Shown in pieces: positions 12,916 through 25,994 of a stretch of DNA of 64,000 nt (the stretch's first letter is position 1; every line of letters starts with the position of its first letter). The notes under the pieces are model-generated. The model did not search any database. It was not told where the DNA came from and saw only the letters and a program-made list of their open reading frames with translations. The position numbers were made by a program, and so were the translations under genes. This DNA comes from Glaucostegus cemiculus (Eukaryota): positions 21,452,001-21,516,000 of the forward strand of contig CDPCPM010000056.1 of NCBI GenBank assembly GCA_976551045.1, given 5' to 3'.

Positions 12916-13599
12916 CCTAATCACTCCTTATATCCTGGCAGCAGTCATGGTGACTCATTCTTAGACAATCTGCAGCACACTCTACATTTGAGCTGCCATG
13001 GCAAATCAGTGTAAGTTATCTGCTGAAAGAAGATGCAAGCTATCTGCTGAAAGCGTGGCAGATGACACCAGTATGTAACTCACACATATGTGCACTGCTT
13101 GCACATAATGATCCTGCACACATACCTGCAGTGTCCCTGCATCATTAGCTGGTTTCATTTCATCAAAAGAACTAATTAATCATAGTTCAATAGGTTTCCT
13201 TTGAAAATTGTACAAACAGTTGTATTGTCTTTTAAAAAAACAAGCAAAGAATCAATAAGAGTGGAACATGAGATAAGGTTGAGTCTTTTTTTAAGAGAGG
13301 TCATTTTAGCCTTTTACTCAATTCTCTCTCATGCTTGGATGGCAAGATTAATTACCAGGGTCAATTTGATGTTTATACTGCAATGTTTTAACTAATGACC
13401 TCTAAATGCAGACAACAGTGCCTAATCTTGTTAATTTAATTCCTACAACAACCTCATTAAGTTCAGTAGGAGTTTACCAGTAGGTTTCAGTACGTAGTCC
13501 GAAACAGAATGTTTTTTTAATGGTTCATTAAAAAGTGATAATCATGGTAGTTTTGTATCACGTTAAACCAAGAAATATAGGCTATACCTATATGACAAA

Positions 13600-13920
13600 A
13601 AAGTTGCATTTATATTGCTTTTTTCACCATCAAAGCATTTTACAGCCAAAAAAGTTTTTTTAGCTCTAGGCACTACAGTGATGTGGAAAACATAGCAACC
13701 AAACCGTGCACAACAAGCTCCCGCAAGCAGAAATGTAATAATGACCTGGTAATCTGTTGTATTGATGATGATTGACGGATAAATATTTCACAGGACACAG
13801 AAGAAAGCTTTCCCTGCACTTCTTTGGAATATTGACAGGGATTTCTCCTTTCCATGTGAGACACCAGGCAAAAACATGCTTGAACATTTCTTCCAAAAGG
13901 TGGTACCTCTGACAGCTTGG
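13600..13920 (-). mobile_element. Deu-domain SINE, decayed
   Basis: Reverse complement matches the 3030-3490 copy: TTGCATTTATATTGC tail, AAGCATTTTACAGCCAA, CAAGCTCCCGCAAGCAG, AATGACCTGGTAATCTG, GATAAATATT. Confidence 0.8.
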
Positions 13921-14819
13921 CTACCCCCTGCATAGCCTCAGAGGGTTGCCAAAGGTTGTGGAATGGATCTTATGAAGAGAGACTGAAGAAAATGGCACCA
14001 GTCTTCCCAATTTTTCACTGGAAGAATTGTCTGCTTCAATAATGCTTCTTCTTGTCTATCCAGTTCTGGAAGTGAATGGGAACCACTTATCCATCACATC
14101 CATTCAAGCTTGTACAAAAGAGAGCAAAATAAGGACTATAGAGGATGGGAGTGAGAATTTATTTCAGTGGAGACCAGCACATCAAAGCCTGAAGTAATGT
14201 TTGAGCAGATCAGTAGCACTTAGGAACAAAACTTTAAAAACAAATTGTAATAAACTGAATGAGATACTGTTTTGTACCCAGAATCCATTATAATCATTCA
14301 TCGTTCACTCATTTAAATATTGAGTTAGAATAGCACGTATTGATTATATTAGTTGAGATTAAATGAAAACAATAATGCAGTTGTGCTTAATTAACTTTCA
14401 CAGAGCTATAGCAGAGATTCACTTAAGGTGTAACTACCTCAATAGCTGCTAAAGGAATTTTCCAATATTTGTCTCAATAATAGCTGAATCTTCAAAATTG
14501 GTGCATTTATTTATTTCCATAGATATATTTCTGTCATCTAAAGCTTGCTGACTGCAATATGTACCATCTCAGCTGCCATTTTCTTGTTGCATCTGAGGCC
14601 TGGGTACTGCAATGTGAAAGATGACTTTTCATCTTCACGCTCAGCCTTTTTTCATTTTTTCCCCCAATCTAGAAACTAGATTTTAATTTCTAAATGATTT
14701 TGTATCTTTACATTAAAACAATGTAGTGGAATTATATACAAAAACATGACAAAAACTGCATGCAAATAGCTAGCAAATTTAATGTAGAAAATTCTCCATA
14801 AAAGAAGAAAAATCAGATG

Positions 14820-15600
14820 ACAAATCTATCCAAGAAGAAAGGAGATATTAGAAAAGGTAACAGAGGACTTGGTTCAAGACTTTGGTTTTAAAGAAGATAG
14901 AACATTTTCAGGTTGAGTTACTGGAGAACATGAAGTGTAGTTCAAAAGAACAGAAGTGATGGGTAAGGGGGAATTGGTATTGGATAGAATACAGACAACA
15001 AGACTTTACAAACCATTTAAAAAGCATGGTGAATGGAAGGTCCATTGAAGATTGTTGGACTAGCTGACAAAGTTGTTGGGCAACAAGGCCACAAATAAAG
15101 CTTTCAGTGACAGATATCCTCAGAAGGGATGGAGGTCACGATAGCAGGGGAGCAAATCATCCCCATGATGAAGAGGGTACAGGATTGAAAGCTTTGTTTG
15201 GGGTTGAATAGGTTGCAGGGACTCTGCATGCTCTGGATCAGCCCGGTAAAGAGGGCAGAACATCTGTGATGGCAGCCAAAAATGATTGTTTCAATCTCTG
15301 TGAAGTTTAACTGCAGTATTCAGGAGTGGTTGTTAGAAAAGCAGATTGAAAGCATGGAGGCTGTGACAGGCTCAAGAAAGGTGAGGAGAGGTACAGGAGG
15401 CTGGCTAACATGGTGGAAGCTGATCTGTTTGTGGATAAAATTGCAAAGGGGATTGAGAAGGGGGAGGGGGCCTTCAGAAGTAATACTGCAGTGATGGGAA
15501 GAGAAGTCATTGCTGGAGATGTCCTGGCAAAGATCAGATAGATAAAAATGAAACAAGTTAAGGGAAGTAGCAATGAGCCTGAATAATGGAGAAAAGGCAT
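14820..15600 (-). mobile_element. Old L2-like LINE RT and 3' remnant
   Basis: Minus translation LNLFHFYLSDLCQDISSNDFSS...PLCNFIHKQISFH resembles L2 RT (WFxSYLSDRxQ...PLGxIIxKHxISFH). Heavily deleted. Confidence 0.6.
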
Positions 15601-17017
15601 AATGACAGAAAGTGCAATTGATTGCAGAGTTATTGGGAAAAATAAGAAGAAACAGGTCAGTGTAGGACAGCAGAGGCATAGACCTATACAATAATCATTG
15701 AGCATGTTATGGATGCCTGCATGTGAGCCATGTGGATATGTGCGTGTTTATTAAGCCCTGAAATTCACCTACTATATATATTCACCCAAGAAAACAATGA
15801 AACAGATATGCATGACTGAAATCAGCTAATAGATTCGGATCATAAGACCATTGTAAGTTGGACTGGTCTGCTTACACCAACCGTGGGACTATAACAGTTG
15901 CATTCTCTCCTCATTTCAACTTAGCTGAGCATTTGCTGTGTCAAATGTTGATGATGTGATGATGTCATTACCACTCAATTAAAACATTTTATGAGTGTCT
16001 GGCAGGTTGATTCTGTTTCACAGCATTGTGGTAAACACAGCACGAAGAAAGCACACTAACAGCAGTAGGAATTACTAATGCAATTATCTAATTGCTAAAA
16101 TTCTAACAGACTGTTTTTATACTTGAGATAAAATCATGTAAAATAACATCATTAGAAGTATTAGAAGAATCCAATTTAGTCAATTAAAAGTATACTTTGA
16201 TATCATACAATGCAAAGCCTATGGAAATTAGATAAAAAGATCAGCATTATTGGATACTTTTACAGATTGCAAAGAAAATTATGAATGTTATTTACTTTAA
16301 TCATACTTTTCTTTAAAGAAGAAAAAGGCAAAATATTGTAAAAGCATAGCATGTTCAGATATTTTTAAATGATTGAGGCTACCTATAGAATCCTTTCGGT
16401 CCCTTAAAGTAGAACAGGTCCTAATTGACAGGTTTCTCACTAACGTCTGCCAAGCATTGGGAAGCTCACGCTGGTATCAGCCTAATCCTCACCCTTTGAT
16501 TATTGGATATGTTGTGAAGTACTAAGGGCTTACTCCTGTAACACACTGTCAAACGCACTGCATACTGCTCAACCTGCATTACAGCTCTGATACTTCAAGC
16601 TTTTCATGATTGAATAGACACACTGATCACTTGTGGAAGAAATAAGAAGTAGTGAAACATATTCTACTTTGCTAAGTTTTTGCTTAAAACAACTTTTTTC
16701 TCCACTTCTTCATCTCTCTATGTTCACTACAATCTACCCACTGGCTCAGAGGAGAGGCTATAAGAATCCCACTGACTTTTATATGTGTGTCAGCAGTTCA
16801 GAGTTGAAGAAGACTGAGAGTTCTGAATATGGATTCCGTTAAAACAGGGGATTAAACTCAAATTATTGCTGAATCTGGTGGCACCAAATTAATTTTAGTT
16901 TAAACAGCCTCGCTTCATCACTGGTGGAACATTGCATGAATCTCCCTAAAAACAAATTCAAATTGGTCACAATATCAGGGAACTTGCCAAAACTTTTCCT
17001 CTTAATGACTGAAAAAG

Positions 17018-17218
17018 ACTAGAAGAACTCAGTCAGTCAAGCTGCATCTGTGCAAATAGCAATCAGCCAACATTTAGGTCAGCAATGTTCCAAGGAAAGG
17101 TTACTGACTCAAAACATTGACCAGTTTCTTCTTCCACAGATACTGCTTGACTGGCTGAATACTTTTAGTACTTCTGTTTTTGTTCCAGACTCCAGCATCT
17201 GCAGTTTTATTTGTTTTT
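17018..17218. mobile_element. Penelope-like pseudo-LTRs in inverted (fold-back) arrangement
   Basis: Arms 17018-17086 and 17100-17169 are diverged reverse complements; ends in CCAGACTCCAGCATCTGCAG. Confidence 0.7.
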
Positions 17219-17574
17219 GACTAGGTACACCAATTAGCTTATGAGGTGTCTTGCAAAAAGCCTGGACAGAGGTCATAAGCTCAGGCACAGTTTGGGGAAT
17301 GGTGAACATTGTAGAAGGTACATGAATAGAATGGAAAAGATTAAAAAGAAATCATTCAAAGACCTTAACAGCATAAATTAAATCAAGGACAAACACACAA
17401 ATAATTGCCATTTCTAAACCTTGCATGGAATAAAAAGAGATTGAACATTGTTTGAGTCAATACACTTAGAAATGTTGCCACTCATTTGGTTTGCCAACAA
17501 TAATAGCGTTATTGAAACTTCTATCCGGCCTTGTATTATCTGGAGGACCAATAGACAAATTAATAGAGCCCAAA

Positions 17575-17680
17575 GCAGAGAATTTAACTGGTCTGTTCTC
17601 AGCAGAGATGCTGTTTGACTTTGTTGCGTTCTTCTAGCTTTTTATATTTTCATTCCAGATTTCCAGACATCACAATCTGT
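17575..17680 (+). mobile_element. Penelope-like fragment, old
   Basis: CAGAGATGCTGTTTGACTT...CATTCCAGATTTCCAG. Confidence 0.5.
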
Positions 17681-17714
17681 TGATGCTCAAAGTTAATTAA
17701 ATGCCTTGATTTTA

Positions 17715-17890
17715 TATTCTCATCCTTGCTTTCAACATCTTTCTAGGGCCTCACCCCTCCATCTCTGTGCAAAATCCCCTCTAGTCTTGCAACCTGAGGC
17801 TTGGTGTCAAATTTAATTCGATAATGCTGTGGTGAAGTGTCTTGAGGCATTTTATTACATTAAAGGTGCAATGCAAATATAAGGTGTAGC
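17715..17890 (+). mobile_element. L2-like 3' end
   Basis: GGCCTCACCCCTCC...GGTGTCAAATTT...GATAATGCTGTGGTGAAGTGTCTTG...TACATTAAAGGTGC. Confidence 0.6.
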
Positions 17891-18439
17891 TGTTATGTTA
17901 AGCAGCCAGGATAAAGTTCAGCCCATTAATTAGTTCATGATAATCAATGTCAGTCCTCATCAATTATCATCATATGAGGATTATTATAGCAAGACATGGG
18001 TCAACATGCAAAAGTGCCAACTCTGCTGATGGTACATGCAAAATGAGGCAAAAATGCAAAAATCCAAACAAACATCTCACATTAACACCCCTGCATCACC
18101 CCTCATCAATTGGATCTATAAATATTACATGGATACTGACAGTTAGTCATCTGGAAAAGAATGGAATAACAATAAATTGATTAATTGTTTTCCAGGATGA
18201 AACAAAGAACAGAATGAAATCTTAACTTTGCAAATAATTGTTTGCTGCATCTAAAACCATCTGAGGTAGTTATGATACTCAGCCAAACTTACTAATGTAT
18301 ATTGTGGAAAATAGGTCATGTCATTACATTGGTTGATTAGGAGGCATTTAATCACAAGACTGATCAATGTTGTCTCATCCCACAGCAAAAGCTATAGGAC
18401 CAAACAATATCACAGTGGTAGTGGTGAGGATCTGCAATC

Positions 18440-19785
18440 CAGAACAAAGTGTGCCTCCAGACAAGCTGTTCTAGTACAATTACAACACTGGCATCACCCA
18501 GTGTTGTAATTGTACTATCCATGTGGATAATTGCCGAGGTATGTTCTGTTCATAAAAAAAGCAGAAAAATCTGATTTGACTGATTACTGTCCAAACAGTC
18601 TATGCTCAATCATCAACAAAATGATGGAAGCCACCATTGACACTGCTATCATGGCACTTACTCACCAAGCATAGAACTTGTGGTGAGGTGAGAGTGACTG
18701 CCTTTGTCATCGAAGTGTGGCACCAAGCTGCCCTGGAAAAATTTAAGTCAACATGCATCAAAGGGAAAACACTCCAGTGGTTAGAGATGGTTGTGGGTGT
18801 CACAGGTCAATTGTCCCAGCCCCAGGACATCATTGCAGGAGTTCCTCAGGCATGGGTTGATATGTTCCAAGTAACATTCATGCCATGAAACTGCCAGTCC
18901 ATTTCCAACAAGAAAGAATCAAACCACTTCCCAATGGCATAACTATCACTTAGCTCCCCACCATCATTGACCAGAAACTCACCTGGACCAGCCACATAAA
19001 TACTGCAGCTATGAGAGCTGGTCAGAGGCTAGGTATCCTGCAGAAGGCGACTCACCTCCTGACATCCCAAGGCTTTGCCCACTATCTACAAGGCATAAAA
19101 TAGAAGCATGATGGAATACACACTATTTGCCTGGATAATTGCAACAGCAAGAACTCAAGAAAATCAATACCGTCCAGAGCAAAGCAGCCCACTTGATTGG
19201 CACTCCATCCATCACCCTATATATGCATTCCCTCCATCACCAGTGCAAAGTGGCTGCAGTGTGTACCATATACAAAATACCCTGCAATTACTCACCCGGG
19301 CTATTCCAATAGCATCTACCAAATCCGCAACCTTCATCACCAAGGTGGGCAAAGGCAGCAGGTAAGTGGGAACATCACACCTTCAGGTTCCCTTCCAAGT
19401 TGCACATCTGACTTGGAAATACATCACAGGTTTACATCATCACTGGGTCAAAATCCTGGAACTCTCTGCCCAAGAACACCGTGAAATTACTTTCACCATG
19501 GTTTGCAACTGTTCAAGAAGGCATTTTGACACTGCCTTCTCAAGAGTAATGTTGAATAGGCAGTAAAGTTGACCTGTCAGCAATTCACATGCTTTGCAAA
19601 TGAACAAAGTCATCTTAACGCCATGCAGCTGCTTTCAATACCATTGTGGGGGTACCTTCACCAGGATTGCAGCAGTTCTCGAAGATGGCTCACCACCACC
19701 TTGACAAAGGCACTTAGGATGGGCAATGAATGTTGCCCTTGCCAGCAATGCTCATCCCTTACATGGATAAAATGAAAGAGTTGAA
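18440..19785 (+). mobile_element. CR1/L2-group LINE (second family), RT to 3' end, internally deleted
   Basis: GEVRVTA, VWHQAALEK, GKTLQWLE, QPQDIIAGVPQ RT motifs; later TIYKA and MEY..FAW; 3'UTR present twice. Confidence 0.85.
18472..18517. repeat. Perfect 20-bp inverted repeat with 6-nt loop
   Basis: TAGTACAATTACAACACTGG catcac CCAGTGTTGTAATTGTACTA. Confidence 0.97.
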
Positions 19786-21394
19786 CCCAGCCACTTTAGT
19801 GAATTATCAACGACCATTCAAGACGTGTGATATTGAACCCAGCAAAGACGCATGATTTTCAGGAGAGGAGAACATTGCATGATAACAAAGAATTGTTATG
19901 GTAACCAGCAACTAAATTATCCACACGTAAAGTTTGTGCTTCATTGCTGGCATAACTATTATGTGAGTTAGCTTCCATCATGGGCTTTGCAATGCATTTG
20001 TTTTAAATTTATAAATGAAGATGAACAAGCAAGGCCACAGTACCATCAGTGAAAAAGGGAAAGAGGAATCAAAAAGATAAATTAGGTAATGGAATGGTCA
20101 GGATTTGAGAAAACACAGATGATTAGAGGTCTGAGGGAGGCAAGCAGTTCTCCAACTTTCAGTACAAAGAAAACTGAGGAGCAGACTGGGCAATGAGTCT
20201 TGACTTTAACATTGAACATTTAGGGAATTGGAGAAGAATGGTCAATCCTTGCCAGCATTAATAGAACTGAAGGACAAATAGAGCACAAAAGGAACTGAAA
20301 AAAACAGATGGAAAAACAATGATAAAACATAAAGTCAGATCTTTTTCTTGCATCCTGTCCTTATCTGTGAGAAGGTGGTGGAAAATCCTAACCAGAAATG
20401 ACTGGTCTTAAACACTCTGGTCTTCATAACATTGTAGTGATATGGAATTGTTGATATGTAAAAATGTTTAAAACCATAGAATTACTGCCTGCACAGTCAA
20501 ACAATGTTTTTGACAGTGAGTAGCTTCTGTGATTCATCAATATTCAGGACAAACAGAGCCATCTGTTAGGAAAACATGATTGGCTGTTTTTCACATGTTT
20601 TTTGGTGCTTGAAATTTCTGGCTTTCAAAACTAAAGTGTAAACAATTGGATCCTTGCCATCATCTTGCTCAACTGATTATTAGTTAGGAATCTGCCTAGA
20701 GAGCAAGTGTCAGTGGCTATTCAGCTGTAGAATGCATCCTTCCTGTCAATCTATGCCCACATGCATGAACTTCTGAGGTTTTCCACAATGAAAACCTAAG
20801 TAAGTCATTTAAAATCCAGTGTGACAATCATGTACCATTCTGCTATATGTTCTTCTGCATTAGCACAACAGTATTTAATTGCATGTCACTATGTAGAAAA
20901 AACCCTGTGTTCCAAGGAAATAGTGGTCCTGGAGGGCCAGCAACCTATTCACAGTCCAAATCTTACTGTGCCTTGCCTATGCCTTCATGCATGGAACACT
21001 TTAATATCTCCCCACTGACCAATCCAAAGTGATATTGCAAAAAACCTGCTGCAACAGAAACGGCAGTTTTATGTACTTTAACCCTGTAACCTTTACAAAT
21101 CCCATACTTCCAATCAATAAGTCTCATTAGTGTTAGGTAAATGTATGGGGCGGGCCTGTGATTTCAAACCAGCAGCTAGCTGATCAGGACGACAGATAAC
21201 ATAAGACAGCTGTAATAATGTGCGATGTAGATGTCCTGTTCGTCAATTTCTGATCATGTCTGATTCCCGTCAATGCATTCACTTGTGCTCCTTCACGGCA
21301 ATAAATATTTCATGTTTCAAAATCTTCACGTGTCTGTCAGACTGCATTGTGTTCATTCCATACATCAATAGTTTGGATACAGAGCTAGAGAGAG

Positions 21395-22190
21395 AACTAC
21401 CAAATTTGAAATCAAGATTAGAATAGAAGTAACTAAGGCAGCTGCAAGATGTCCATGGTAAAATGGTGGTATTGGCAATGATGTGGCAGGTGGAATACAA
21501 TGCCAACAAGAGTGAGGTGGCATGTTTAATAAAAAAATATAATCTGCATGATGTAGATGAACATAGGATAAGATCCACATGACATTAAGTGCAGTAACTC
21601 AGGTGGATAAGAAAGCTAATGGAATACTGCATTTTATTGCAAGAGGTATAAAACATAAAAGGCAAGATATAACAGTGAACTTATATTTAACCTTAGTTAA
21701 CCCCTGAGTGCAGTTTCATGCTCAATGCTGCAGAAAGATTCTTGATGTAATATAAAGGATACAGCACATATTCAAGCCTCACACAAGAACAAATATAAGG
21801 ACCTGAAAGTTGGGTTGTTTTCATTCAAAGAGGAAATTAAAGGATGATTTCATCGAAGAGTTTAAAATAACAAAGGGACAAAGCAGAACAGATAAAAAAA
21901 AAACAACTGCTTCCAATTATTGGAAGTCAAGAATGAGGACTTTAAACAAAGGATTAAATGTAAAAGATTTAGTACATAGAATTTTTTTATAGTGGTTTTT
22001 GAGGTCATGTAATATTCTGTTAACATTAAGTGTCAGAAGCAAAGAGTAGAGAACATTTAAGAATGTTAAACAGGATAATGAAAGGGGAATGAAGCGATAT
22101 GCAACAGGACAGGCACACCTCTGCTTGGGTGAAAAATAAACAATGAATAAACTTCAAGCCCTGTATCTCTTGTGTAGTTTCTATGAATTT
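21395..22190 (+). mobile_element. Old CR1 RT C-terminal remnant
   Basis: Decayed WQVEYNANKSEV, KKANGILHFIARGI and KRKLKDDFIEEFKI motifs. Confidence 0.7.
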
Positions 22191-24879
22191 CATGTACAAT
22201 TCATATAACTTAGCACAATTCTGCTCAGCCTAAAGAGAATATATCATATGAGATGAAGAAAAAAATGAGAGAAATTTGCAGCCTACAAAGAAACAGTCAG
22301 CCCATCATACCCAGGGTTTGCTGATTTTGCAGCAGTCCAAAACTTATTGGCTGGATTTGCACTCTCCCCATTATCTTGTCTCCTCTTCTCCCTCAAATGT
22401 CTATTCAATATTCCTTCAAATATTTTCTATTTGGTGCCCTAAATAGTTCTTACAGAAATTAATACAGTTTTCTAAAAACTTCTTGTTTAGAGAATGGTGG
22501 CAATTTAAAATGTCCATATAACACAACTGTCACTGTTAGCTATAGGGTGATCCATACTCCCACAGTGGAGGAACGAACATGTCCCTTTGCATATCAAATG
22601 TGTGAATGATATGTCTGTGGGACACATGCCTGTTAGAGAGGATAATATATGGACTTGTCCTGACACTCAAGAAATGCTAGGGTCTCAAGAACCCATTCCC
22701 TGAAGCCCATAAATTCCATAGTTCACCTACACAGATACAAACCATCCCTAAGAAAGTTAGACGGAAACCACAATCCAAAACCTTTTCCTGTTGCTCAACA
22801 CAGGGTAATGTGCACATTGTTTAAAGCCTTTGCCACTGTCTAAGGTGTTTGATGCCTCTAACCAAATCAAATCCCTGGGACTGCTGCAAATTATCTCAAA
22901 ATACCATACTGTTCTGTGTCCACAGAATTACTGTCTAATCAATGTGCTAAGTTTGTCTCCATATTAAAATGTATCTTTTTTTCTCTCACAGACATAGTAA
23001 TTAAAAAAAAGACACATAGAAAAACCAAAATGTGAGCAAAGTACCATCTGTCAGAAATACGAACCCATCATCAAAAAAAATCAAGAAGAATAATGTCAAT
23101 GGCTGTCACCAATTTTGTTCAAAACAAAGAATTAGGCACAATGTACTCAATCTTACATATCCTGGAAACTGTTGAGCAACTGTATTTTCTGCTCTCTTTC
23201 TCTGAGTATAATGATATAGACATGTACTTACAAACATTTTTTTAATTGAATAAAAAATGAATCCTATGCTTCTTTTCAGACTGGGTCCCCTGGTCTGCAT
23301 ATTCTTTGTATATAAGATTTCTCTTTCTTCCACCTAACCCTAGTCTTGTTTGCTTTTCAGCTACTATAGGGCTTTCACTGTTGACAGTGTTGTCACCTTC
23401 CCTGCTCTTACCATTTAAAGCCTAAGCTCTCTGCCGCAGTGACACAATTCACACTTGCCAGGGAGTTAACAGAGCAGCTGTCAAAGTCAGAAGGAAATAA
23501 AAATTAATAAAACTACCCGATGACAGATTTCAGCAAGGGTGTCTCTTTGCAGAGATACTGAAAGGATATATATATCCCCCAGGCATTATACAAGACGTCC
23601 TCAGGTTTGTAAATACAACCAGAATACATGGACAGCAAAGTTATTAGGGGCAGTTACAGAAGCCCTGAGCCCCAGGTCAGCAGCATGAGCAGTGGAGAAA
23701 ATCAGAAGCAAGAAAGAGATAGGATTTTCAGGCTGCCTATGCAGCTAGAGACCCAAGTCTCAGAGCAATTTATACTTGACTTTATTGCCAGTGCCGTTTG
23801 ATGTGCAGTGGTCCCATCTGCTGATAACTGAGGTTTGCCTGGCTTCGTATTTCAATCTTAAAATGTTGGAAGCTATTACAATGACAATGGAGATAAGAGA
23901 CACTTATCATTCTCGGCTGAGATTGATTAAAAGACTTGGCGCTCAACTGTGTGGGCTTATGGGATAGAGGACAAGGGTCAGGGAAAGTGATGGTGTTTTC
24001 AGATTTTTTTCCCCTCTTTGAACATAAAACATGTGGTAGATGTTTTTCTACTACAAAAAGGGAGCAGGAAAAAAGATATCCAATAGAGATTAGGTTTTCT
24101 CCCTGTCAGAAAGACAGAGCATGACATTTGTTTTAATATAAATGCTTGAGTGTTTCTCTGAAAAAATATATTTGTCAAATTGTAGTTGCTGTAGGAGTCA
24201 CTTACTTATAAGTACATATAATGAGACTTATGTTAAAAACAGGCAAAAATATCAGTGAGTTATTAAAACTTTAATAGATCGATTCAAAATCAGAACTTTA
24301 CATTTAGTATTAAAACACTAATAGGTTCAGACACAATTAAAGGTGCTACGACAGTTTCAGAGGTCTGATGACATTTGGAAAAAGGATGTGATTCACACGT
24401 GGTTTATGTCATCTGAACACTGGGACTGTTTTAATACCTTATAACTCCCTACTCTCCTAGAAGTCTTTATTTTCCTGTGTCTTCACATACTATTAGAGGG
24501 CTATAAAAGCTATGGGAGAAACACTGTGCTAAAATATTTATAACTAAGATGAAATCTGTTTAACTGATATGAGAGCAGGTTGAATTTTTATTCCCTAATC
24601 AATTTTCTCCTTTCTCCTCCCCTCTTAAGTGTTGATGTTTTCAAGATGTATGTTGGCACGGCCTTTGGCCTGCCCCTGGTGCCTAGCCCATGTATCCACT
24701 GTTCAAGAGCCTTGATAGTAATATTAAGAAGGATATTCAACCATCAAGGCATCTCAGCTGGGTTTTATCTTGCATTGATAGCAGAGAAATTGAAATATTC
24801 ACTGCCTTTTCTGTTCCTACCTTGGAGAGATAGATGCCTCTGACCTCTGTTCAATTCTGGTCCAGAACGGTTTAACAAG

Positions 24880-25312
24880 AATGGTTCCTGGGATGTCGAA
24901 CTGCTATTAAATGGATAGCATAGACAGGCTGGGGCTGTTTTCTTTGGAGAAGAAAATGCTGAGGGCGGATTTGATGAAAGTACATAAAGTGATGAGGCAT
25001 CTGGGTGGAGTGTATAGTGGGAGGCTGTTCCCATTGGTGGAGGGATCAAGGACTAGAGGTCATAGATATTAAGAGAATTAACAGTGAAAAGAGGAAAATC
25101 TTTTTTACACAGCGTGAAGTTTGAACACACTACCTGCAGATGTGTTGGAGACAGGTTCCATTGTGACCTTGGGTGTGAGGGTGGGGGGTCGGGTAGTGGG
25201 CAGGATAAATAGATGGTGAGGAAACAGAACTAGAAAGCTCTTCTGGTAGAGAGCTGGTGTGGACATGATGGACTGAATGGATCCCTGTGCTCTAATCTTT
25301 CTATCATTCCAT
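24880..25312 (+). mobile_element. CR1 3' end
   Basis: DRLGLFSLEKKMLRADL, RLFPLVEGSRTRGH; 3'UTR GACATGATGGACTGAATGG. Confidence 0.85.
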
Positions 25313-25994
25313 GAGAATGCTTGGAAGTGGGATCTTAGTAGGTGAAGACTATTGATGCCTCTTGACATTGTGTGACGTGAAGAGTTCAGTTCACCCCATA
25401 CTGGCACATTTCATTTAAATTTTCCAGTAAACATTAAAATAGTGTCATCAGCCTACAAATTTGTAATGGCAATTTTATGTGGCAAAGTCAAATGTTAAGA
25501 ACATTAACTCATTCCTAAGACATATCTACCACATATTTAACGGCACCCAGCATTGCCACTCTTTCATTGATGATATTCTGCAGCGAACACCTAGATTTAA
25601 GACCACTTGTGACCTAGTAACTAGGACATCAAGTTTAATTTTAAACAGCCTTTTTTTTGAGTTGGGGAAATCTGTAGCACCCGTGCTAAATAATATCTGT
25701 AGCTGCACTCATTTGATCCAGCCACTGCATGTCATCTGAAGTCAAAACTGATTCAAAGAGTACAGAAGTCAAAATGTATTCAAGCACATTTAAATTCAAT
25801 CCACTCACTATTCAAGTGGCCTCATGTCTCACTGCTATTTAATATGAAAATAAACATATGTCTTTTTCTTCTTGTTAACACATTACTGCGACAAACATTA
25901 TTAATGTGTTTTGCGTGACGGAGGGGACTCAGGGTGATTTAGCCATAGTTGGTTATCAACAAATAAAAGTGTAAAAACTCTTTCCCTTGCCTTT

